A DNA stretch of 62,302 nucleotides, filler included, from Collodictyon triciliatum (Eukaryota), in NCBI GenBank assembly GCA_043381765.1. It is 5 parts of 5 records of this genome, joined end to end, with 100 filler letters (N's around TTAATTAATTAA, not from the genome) between each part and the next. Parts side by side here need not be neighbours in the genome. Positions count along the whole stretch, not along the records: positions 50,995 to 62,302 come from JBHJMP010001977.1; 4 more parts are not named here. The stretch is one strand, 5' to 3'. Numbering within the stretch: the stretch's first letter is position 1; every line of letters starts with the position of its first letter. The translations under genes were made by a program, and so were the position numbers. The notes under the pieces were generated by a model. It ran no database searches. It had not been told where the DNA came from and saw only the letters and a list, made by a program, of their open reading frames with translations. This document shows positions 52,343 to 62,302 of this stretch, piece by piece.

Positions 52343-55300
52343 TCACAGTGCGTAGCTGCTGACGATATTGGCGAACTTTTCCTCGTAAGCTTCTAATTTT
52401 TCTCTGAACTGTGATTTTTCCTTCCTGCCAAGCCCAAAATTGATTCTGGAAGAACAGCTTAATAGAGGTTTCAGTATAGCCCATGCAAAAGGAACAATGA
52501 AAGTGGTAATAAAAACGGAATTTAATCCAATAATCGCATAGGATATCCAATCGTTTCCTGGGATAAGTTTTTGAACAAGAGCTGCAAAGAATGAGATGTA
52601 AAGCAGCAACCAACAATTAGTGGAGAAAGTGTCATCCGAATCGAGAATGTATGGCTGGTACCGATTCTGCATCGATAACGAGAACTGCACAAGATAAAAT
52701 TGATGAATAATAAACATTTACCAAAAAGAACAATAAACAATAAACAAAAAAACAAACCAAATATCGATTTTTGTCTTGAAAAATGGCATACCTGTATCAA
52801 AATGAAGAAGATAAAGTAGAGAATAGCCGAGTATGTGTAGGGAACGACAAAAGCTGTCAAACTGAAGAGAACGGATTGGATAACTCGAATCATGACCCAC
52901 CAGTCGCATTTCTTACATAAGAAAAGCGAATTAGTATCTCCATTCAACTTTTGTTTTGTGCTTGAAATATCATCATTACCTCCTCATAAATATCAGCGAA
53001 TCGATCAATCAGAATCTGGCATGCTACTTCAAATGGATTTATTGGCAAATTCGCATGATTATTCGATGATGCCTGATGGGACATAGCTATTTGTCTCCCT
53101 GAATCACTTGGTCCGGCTTCACCAACAACCTTTTCAGAGGAATATACACCAGTTGCCTGAATCTCTCCATTAGCACCGATACTCTTCAGCTTTTCCATCG
53201 GGATATCATTTTCTGACAACTTTGTGGCGATTCATATTAGTTAATATTGCAAGACAATATGATATTATTTTATTGAAAAACAAAGTTTTAAAGGGATATT
53301 AAGAAAGATATCTACTCACATCGATGCCATTTTCTTTTCCCTTAAGTCTTCTGGCTCTTAAGACGATGTACCACAGAAAGCTGGGATACATGAATATGTA
53401 AATCAAGCCAGGAATAGCGGAGAGAAGCATGTTAAGGTAATTCTCTGTCACCGGGCTGCACTGAATCCAAGGATACAAATTTACGAACCATCTACCCAAT
53501 CCTTCATCATAGAGGGTGCAACCAAATGCACCAACTACATCTCGTACAACAGAGAAATATGTAGCTTCCAAGAATGTAAATGTAATAGCAACAACCTAAG
53601 ATTAAATATGATTCATTAGAGTATGCTATAAAGAAATATGACTGGTTGAGATAGAAAACTACGCGATGCTTATATTACCTTCCCAATATTTTTTGTATCT
53701 TTCTTCGCAAGTGTTCTCTTTAGGACAAGGAAAGCAACAAAAGCAATAAAAGGAATGCGGGCAAGATTAAGAATCGACGTAATATGTGGTTTGTTGCCGA
53801 CGACACACTCAAGGGAAGGTAACTTCAGTGAGAACAAGTTGCTAACAAATCTCCCAGCAGATGTAATGATAGATATAGAGACAACGTTCCCCAATACTTG
53901 CAGGATTTGAGTATAAAATAGAAAAATGTCCAAGGAGGCTGCCATTACACATTATTATGAAAGAAGGATTTAGCAGGGGCTGAATAGTAAAAAAAAGAAA
54001 AAGATTTCATTGCGAAACAAAATGGAATTACCCGAATCATGCTCATCTTCATTTCTTTCATCGTCTCTACTATCATCCATGCTTTCTTCAATCCATGCCA
54101 TCGCAATCTGATACATTCCACCAATAAACAAAAGCACAATAAAAGCAATCACTTTGATGAATGAGTAATCTGAAGAGCATTCGTTGCATTCTCCGCTCTC
54201 GAACAAGTATCCATCCTCACAAATAGAGCAACTTCTCCCCTTGTACCCTTTCTCGCACGGGAAATCATATGTATTGTTGCTTATGAGCATTCTTTTAGAT
54301 ATTGATTCTGGAATATGAAATCTGCACACGTCTGGATTCATGCACGGAATCATCTGGACTATTCTAAGAATATCTGGCGTAAAGTAGCACTTCTCCAAAG
54401 AAACACCGTCATTACAATCACAATCTCTTGGGCACTTCACGCAGCGATTTCCGAATCCAAAGTATCCAGGCAAGCATTTGCACATTCCATACTCGTGATA
54501 TTTTGGATCAATATCTACCTCCATCTCAACCAAACCTGAGCGAGAGACAATAGAAGGACATGAATATCTATCCATGGACCTCTCCAACTTGTAGGACTCT
54601 GTGATACCCATAAAAGAAGGAATAAAATCTAAAGAGTCATGTTTCATACCCGTATTTTTCAACCCTAAGTACTCAAGCTTTGAGAATCCGCCATAAGATT
54701 TTGGTATGCTTCCAACGATTGGATTTCCAGTAAGGTCGAGGGAAGTCCATTTCAATAGATTTGTGAGGTCATCCAACTTGAAAATGTTGTTGTTTCTTAT
54801 GCTCAATACCTTAACATTGAGGACGTATTCATATATCCTCCAGTTTAATTCTCCAAACAGTTGGTTATCATCAAGTAGAAGATTTTCATAAAAATAATTG
54901 AAATTTTCTGGGTTTGGAACAACAAAAATGCCAAGATCACCAGAAAATGAGTTGTTTCTCAAATCAATTGTTACTAAATTCGGCAGATTCCAAAAATAAT
55001 CAGGCAGGTTTCCAGAAAAATGATTGTGTGATAAAACGAGTGACTTGAGCTCTGACAAATTTTGAAAATATTTTGGGACAATACCATTCATTCTGTTCCA
55101 AGACAAGTCGATGTATTTGATTGAGGGTAATTTCCACGATTTAGTTATCGAGCCGCTAATCTGATTTTCGCTTACATCAAGTATTTTCAACATAGGCAAA
55201 TCAAACGTAGGGAGAGAACCATTTAGATTGTTTCTAAACAGCAAAACTTCCCTCAAGTTCAAGCATTCACGAAAAGAAGGGACGTTTCCTAGTCATGCAT

Positions 55301-57770
55301 CATTCATTTTAGTAAACACGTATACATATTTGTAAACATTATTTCTCACCACTCAAATTATTATTAACAAAATCCAAGGACGTGATGTGATGAAGGTCGC
55401 TAAAATCTGGTATTGGCCCTGGAGATATAGCAATTTAAGAGCTTTTTTTTTTATCGAAAATACGTGAACAATCAAACAGACCGCTTAATCTATTGGATGA
55501 AATTTTCAACAACTGGATACTTTGGATTTGACCGAATTTTGGAACTGTTCCTGAATGTAATGCTTAGTACTCCACCAATTACTTAAATGATAATACAAAA
55601 AAAAACCTGTCAATTGATTCAAGTGAAGATAAATCCGTTCGATATTCGAAATACCAGTAAAGTTCGGAATCTTTCCTATAATATTTGGTCAGTATTTCAT
55701 AAACAATTCTAAAAAAAATAATACAAATTCACCAGTTAATTGATTGCTGGAAAGAGAAATCGTTTTCACAACTGGAAAACCACTGAAGTTTGGAATGGTC
55801 CCTGCGATATGAAGTTAATTTCAATCAATGATGCAGAAATACTTATAAAAGGCACCTGTCAATTTGTTGCTGTACAGGTAAAACTGAGAAACATTTGGAA
55901 TGCCGCTTAAGTTTGGAACCGTTCCTGTAATTTATTCTTAGAATTTTGTCTGAATAGAAGATAATATAAAAAAAAAGCTCACCTATCAATTGATTGCTCG
56001 AGAGATAGACCTCAAAAACGTTTGGAATTTCACTGAAGTTTGGCACTGTCCCTGTGAGAAAATGTTAGTTCATTTAATTATATATATAAAGTAATCACGA
56101 AGCTTACCATCCAGCAGATTATTACCAAGATACATTAAGTTCAGATATGGAATACCACTGAAGTTTGGAACCAATCCTGTAATTCAGCTTTAGATTGTTT
56201 CATAATAATATAAAACATCATAAAATATACCATTCAGTCGGTTATTGTATAGAGAAATCCCAAAAAGATTAGGAATTTTGCTGAAGTTTGGGACCGTACC
56301 TATAATATAAATGTGTTATTTTGCCTTCAGAGCAGATGTAATAATAATAATAATAAAAAAATCACCAGTCAATTGATTGCTATTGAGATATATATCGAAA
56401 ACGTTAGGAAATCCACTGAAGTTTGGAACTGCCCCTGTTATACAAAGTTAGTGGCCGTCCAAAATATATTAAAAAAAAACCATAAAATATACCTGTCAAC
56501 TGGTTATTCTGAAGAAAAATCTTCAATATATTTGACAAGCCACTGAAGTTTGGAATCATTCCTAAAATCTGAATCATACATTGTTTCGTTCACATAAAAA
56601 ATTGAAATTTGATAAAAACATACCATGAACATTACAATCAGAAATTGAAAGAATTTGAACACTTGGTAATCCCGAGAAATCAGGCAAAATCCCTTTAAAA
56701 TATTTTTCGTTAAAAACTCAAAATATACTTCAAAAAATAAAAAAATACCAGTGAGTTTATCACTCATGCCTAATCGCAGTTCTTTTATTCTTGAAATCCC
56801 AGAAAAATCAGGAATAGTTCCTTCTAGTTTGTTCCCATATATCTGAATATGTTCAATATTGGGAACTCCTTTGAAGTTTGGAATCGTTCCAGTAATTCGA
56901 TTCATGTACAGGTCCAAATGTGAAATAGTTGGAAAATTGAAATCTGGAAGATTTCCATGAATAAAATTGTAGGTCAAGTCTAAATTATCCAATAGTGGCA
57001 GCTTCTCAAAAATCACAGAGGCAGCTTCGATGTCACCGTTGATATTGTTTCCTGGCATTCTGATTTCAACGACGGGGCATGTGTTGTTCTATGTAAAGCG
57101 ATATTAAAATAAAAGCAAAAAAAAAAAAAAAAGAGCAAAAAAATTATGGAAATCACCTCATAATTTTCACTCAGACAACTGTGGTGACAAGATATTCCAT
57201 ACCACTCACAAATCGGAATATTATGATTTTTCCATCCCGTATTCTGATACCAATCATCACCACCAAGATAATCGTAAAGTTTAACAAGGAGATTGTATTG
57301 AGTCCCGTTATTACTATTGTCATTATCACGTTTCCCTTCGTTTCTCAAAATAAATTCGTCACTTTCGTTTCGTTCTGGTGAATTACTTTCATGCAAATCT
57401 GCCTCAGCAACAGATTTTTTACCTTCATTAAGACACTCCACATCGTCCTCGTATGTGAGCAAACATTCTCTGCTAATATTACTATTCGTGGATTCAGAAA
57501 ATTCTCTATTCTCTCTAAGTACGAGACATGTTTCATCATAGTAATCCAACAGAATTTGGAATGCATCCTCTACTTTCATGCCCAGCAACACATCTCTTGA
57601 ATACTGGCATCTGTTTCAGTTATTTGAGTACAAATCGTGCTATCTGAAGTTTTTTTTTTTTAAAAAAATAATCAAAACATACCTTTGAGAAGGATGTATG
57701 GAAGATGTTGATAAAACCATGAAAGCAAGGGCGATTAATGTAACCAGTAGCTTTGAATTTCTGGCCGCAT
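52343..57770 (-). CDS. LRR receptor-like multipass membrane protein, paralog B
   Basis: Same architecture and intron positions as 29130-34454. Near-identical TM-region peptides (EATYFSVVRDV, WFVNLYPWIQCSP, SMQNRYQPYILDSDD, SLDIFLFYTQILQVLG). Start approximate. Confidence 0.85.
55350..56692 (-). repeat. Array of eleven 69-nt LRR exons
   Basis: Exons at 56624-56692, 56493-56561, 56366-56434, 56231-56299, 56108-56176, 55983-56051, 55856-55924, 55733-55801, 55607-55675, 55482-55550, 55350-55418. All are GT-AG flanked and phase 1. Confidence 0.88.
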
Positions 57771-60700
57771 ATACGTGATCAGCAAACTTATATATACATG
57801 CTTAAATATTGAAAAATGTAGCGCACCTTGCAGAGTTTTTTAGATAAAGTCTTTTCCATGCCAAATGGTCATGACATCGGGGAGGGATTCTTTTTTCTTC
57901 TGACTCTGTCATTTCTTGTCTAATGCTTTTAGTTAATCATTACATAAGCATTCAAGATTGTAAGTTTTACTGATTTTTCTATTAACCAGAGAAAGAAAGG
58001 TTCATGATTATATTTTGGGAAGCTCCTTTGAATCGAATAAAGGAAAAAAATATTTCGGAAGGCTAAACAACTAATAAAAGAACGTCCAGATTGAAGATTC
58101 ATGATTACACATGGGAAATTTTATAATTTATCATAATTTCATAAAATAGGTTGCATTTAATGGCGTACCTCTTATAGAATAATTCAAACAAAATTAAGTA
58201 GAATTTGCTTTTTATAACCATGTATATAAATTTGCATGCTATTTTTTAAAGTTATTCGTGATCTAATTTTTACTTTTTTTTCCCATATATAAACACACTA
58301 TAAAATTTTTCCCATCATATTAAATCTCTATCTATCTATCCATTTATTTATGCTGCCATCAGTCTAAAATCACCATTCGATGTATTGAGTGTTTCCTTAT
58401 CGCTTTTCTTCCAGTAAACCAGATAAAAGTAAAAAAAAAAAACTGAACATTGAATTTATATTTTACATTAAAAATAAAATTTTACTGTTGTCTGATTTTT
58501 GGTTATTTTTCATATCCCTTGTATGTTTGTACTTGATGAAATAAATGAAAGAAAATTTGGAAAATTTTCTAATGTCAGATTCATTATTGCATCGATGTTA
58601 TTTACACAGAAGACTACACAATTAGCCTATATCCGTGACATACCTCCAAGACTATTGTTTTAAATTTGAATTGTTGGTTTCATTAGAAATCACTGGATTA
58701 TGTTATTTGAATATTTCGAATAGACCAATTTTTTTTTTAAAAAAAAAAGAAGTTCGTATCATAGACAACCTCTACAATTCAAATTTTTTTAATCGGTGTA
58801 TGTTTGGTTTCGACTTATTGATATATAATTTTTGAGTGAGTACAATACTAATGGGTGTTTTTCTAAAAGCAAAACATGAAATATTGATAAACCATCATCA
58901 TAAAGAGCATATGGATATTGAGAATGACGGTCAGAACAATCATTTTTTTACAATTATTCATTTTAATTCCAAATAATACCAATTGGATAAGACAAGTATA
59001 TAAAAATCCGTATTTAAATGGGAAAAATGAATGAAAACATAAAACTATGCAGGCTTTCTAGATTGGAAGCCATTTTTTCCTGTTAATTTTTTCGTCGGAC
59101 TATGTCAATAAATTATCTAATATAGTATGTAATCATGAAATTAGTTTCTTGAAAAAGGTGTTTGATTCTTCAGACATCTAGAGTTTGAGTGATTTCAACT
59201 CAGTGATACGGTTAGGCAGAAAAATTCTTTACAAGATGTACTTATATTTTATATTAATGATACTTTATTTGAAGTTTAGAATAAACAATTTAAAAAATTT
59301 AATGATTGGGTCTAATTTACGTCTTTTTTAAATGCCATTATGTATGCAGCTTTCAGAAAATGACAACAGAACAAATAATCGCTTCTCTATTTGTAAGCCC
59401 TAATGTGTAAACATACTAATGCACTCCGAAGGCTATTTTGTGATTTTAATAATGAAGAGTTTAGAGTTAAAATATACATATATATTAAAGTAAATTCGGA
59501 TAAATAATTCAGAAAAGAGCTTTCTCTTTTGAAAAAAGCTCGATAACTTCAGTAATAAACAACATCAATATGGTACATCATATTTACTCATTATATATAA
59601 ATGATGATGCAATAAGTCTGAGATTTCATTATTCAAATTCAAGCAATTCACTATGAGATAACATTTCAGCTTATTTGTAAAAAAAAAAAATAATCATAGG
59701 AAAGGTTGAAGATATCACATAAAATGCGACAAAGTTGTATTTTCGTAAAGTAATCTGAAAAAAAGAATACATTTTCATAATAAATAGACAAGTAAATACT
59801 GACTTTGTAAAAGCGCTGAAATATTCATTTCGAGAAAAAAAATTAGTTTTTGAGAACTTTAACCGCTTGCGATGCCCAAATGAAGTTGGTAGAACTAGAT
59901 TTGATTATGTAAAATCATCATTTTGATTGAGTGAATCGATGGTATAGTATGACACATATGCCATTTGATATGATAAATAGCCTTAAAACTGGGCACGAAT
60001 TTGATTTAGTAATTGTCTTTTATTTTGAAACTCAAATCTAAAAATAAATATTTTTCTATCACTTTTTCATTTGACACACCAGGGAATAATAATGAAGAGA
60101 TTTTGGAAATTTACAAAACATTAATGCAATCAAGAAAAAAAATCCACAAAAGTAAAAGGACATGTAAGCATACTAAAGTAAATATATGTAACAGAACATA
60201 CCTTACTAAATAGACGAATTCGATGTGTTTTCAAAAGTCTCAAACTCTGGGGAACATTAACCTTCCACCAGATTTTGTAGTATGTCCTTTGCATTTTTAA
60301 TCGTACTTAGATATACCTGATAATTGGATGATTTTGCTCATTTTCTATTCAAAAAATATTGGAAGTATGAAGAGCTGAATTGATAAACATTTTATGACAC
60401 CTTGGCAGAAGTAGCGTGAGCGATTTTATCGAAAATTGAAGGGAACTCGTTGATACTATAATGAAGTATTAATCTGGCTGATGATTATATTTCAATACGT
60501 AAATGAATCATGAAAATGCATGATAATTGTGTATCATTTGATGTCATTTATAACAAAAGAATATTTCAACACCAAACAGGTACATAAAAATATGCATTGA
60601 TGCTGTTTATGGTTTTCATAATCATAAAAATTGCGTGAAGCAGAAACAAAATATAAATTTCATTCATAACACAGTTAAACGATCAGAATCCCTGTGAACT

Positions 60701-60992
60701 CTGTATTTTGTACTCCTACTTCATGACCTACGAAAATTTGTTGGTTTTCAGGATGTAGTGGACGTTTATCCGATATACGAGAGTTTTTATTATTTTCTTA
60801 TTATTGTTATTAATTAATTAATTATAATAATAGTAATGATAAAATAATAATAAAATAATAATAAAATAATAATAAAATAATAATAAAATAATAATAAATA
60901 ATAATAAAATAATAATAAAATAATAATAATAATAAAATAATAAAATAATAAAATAATAAAATAATAAAATAATAATAATAATAAAATAATAA

Positions 60993-61078
<86 letters not shown>

Positions 61079-62302
61079 CTGTCTTTTTTTTTTTTTTTTT
61101 GTAATTGATGCAGTCACGTACCAGGTCTCTTTAATTTTCTAAGCATTATCTCTTTTTCCTATTGTCAATGAAAGTACGTCGGGATTGAGTTTCTGCTTTC
61201 AAATATGCTATAAGAGACAAAAGGAATAAAAATTATTTCATATATAAGGATGCGACTCTTAGTAAATGAGAATTCAATAGTTTGTCGTGTGTCTTTTTAA
61301 ATACGTTGAAATAAAAAGTGTGCCACCCAACAAGATACGCTATTGAGCTTCAATCGACTGCAATTGGCCATTTACAGTGGAAAATCACAACGTTTCAGAA
61401 TCTTCTTTTTTTTTTAAATCAAAGTGCGTATGCGTGATTTTGATGAAGTTGCCAATATATGATATAATGATGGAATAATAAACAGAAGTATATAAATATT
61501 ATTCTTTATTTTGACTAGAAATAAAAAAACTCTTATCACGATTAATATGTGAATCTTGCAAAAAAAAAGAAGTAAATAGTCCAGCAAAGTAAAACAATGA
61601 ATAAAGTACATATCAGAACGACCGACCTGAAAGAGAGGAGGTAAAATCTGACAAAGTCGATACCACTGTCTATCCTCACTAGAAGTGCATCTTATTAACA
61701 TTAATTTGTGCCATATAAAAATAGGGTTCTGGTTGCCAACACGTCTGGGAAAAGATACATACTACATGAGGGATGAGATAATCAGATAAGAACAAATCCA
61801 AGTGATAAACAATACACAGTTGGTTCCAGCTTTAAATATGAAGGTTGGGGAAAACGAGAAAAAAAAGGGATATGATTAAAACATGACAAGTAAGATACAT
61901 ACGCAAGGATATTGAGACAAGGTGGGATGTGCTAAACATGAAGTTCTAAAGGAATGATTAGTTGTCAGGCAATTCCAATGCTCCTTGCTGATGTTAGCTG
62001 TGAAAAAAAAAACCTAATAAAATAGCAGAGACTATGTAAATAGTGAGCTGTATAACTCATTGAATTGTGTATGTAATAATGTTCTGGACACTATTTTACT
62101 ATTGGTCGGTAGTTTTTTTTTATTCTTCTTTTCAAATTTGTGCAGGATGGTGAAAGTATTGGTCGGTAAATAAACATATTTGAATTCAACGGGCATGCAA
62201 TCTAAACAAAAGAAGCACTAGAAATAAAGGGATAAGTTGAATGGGCTCCTTTTGCTAGGTTTAGATGCTTTATTGAGTGTTATTCTTTGTTGGTTTTTTT
62301 TT

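Noticed and set aside
57900-61400. Long AT-rich stretches (also 27262-29000, 34460-36150, 49020-50500) as possible RNA genes or hidden ORFs
   Set aside because: No tRNA/rRNA signature, stable structure or credible coding motif was seen.

Overview
AT-rich, intron-dense eukaryotic (protist-like) DNA. The window is five contigs joined by an artificial 100-nt spacer (N44-TTAATTAATTAA-N44), so adjacency across spacers means nothing. Contig 1 has a Kelch/CUB/Cys-rich gene (minus) head-to-head with a truncated FGAM synthase gene (PFAS/purL). Contig 2 has a decayed Fanzor1 (eukaryotic TnpB-like RNA-guided nuclease) followed by a strongly structured omegaRNA-like tail, which abuts the nuclease end of a decayed RLE-type non-LTR retrotransposon, then a long LRR gene. 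Contigs 3 and 5 carry two paralogous LRR + Cys-rich + multipass-membrane receptor-like genes. Their LRRs sit in tandem 69-nt exons, one of which is dead. Contig 4 has exocyst Sec10 and an NLR-like DUF4062-NACHT-TPR-SPRY gene whose TPRs are 126-nt exons. Transposon remnants lie at contig ends. All family calls come from reading motifs by eye; no searches were run.
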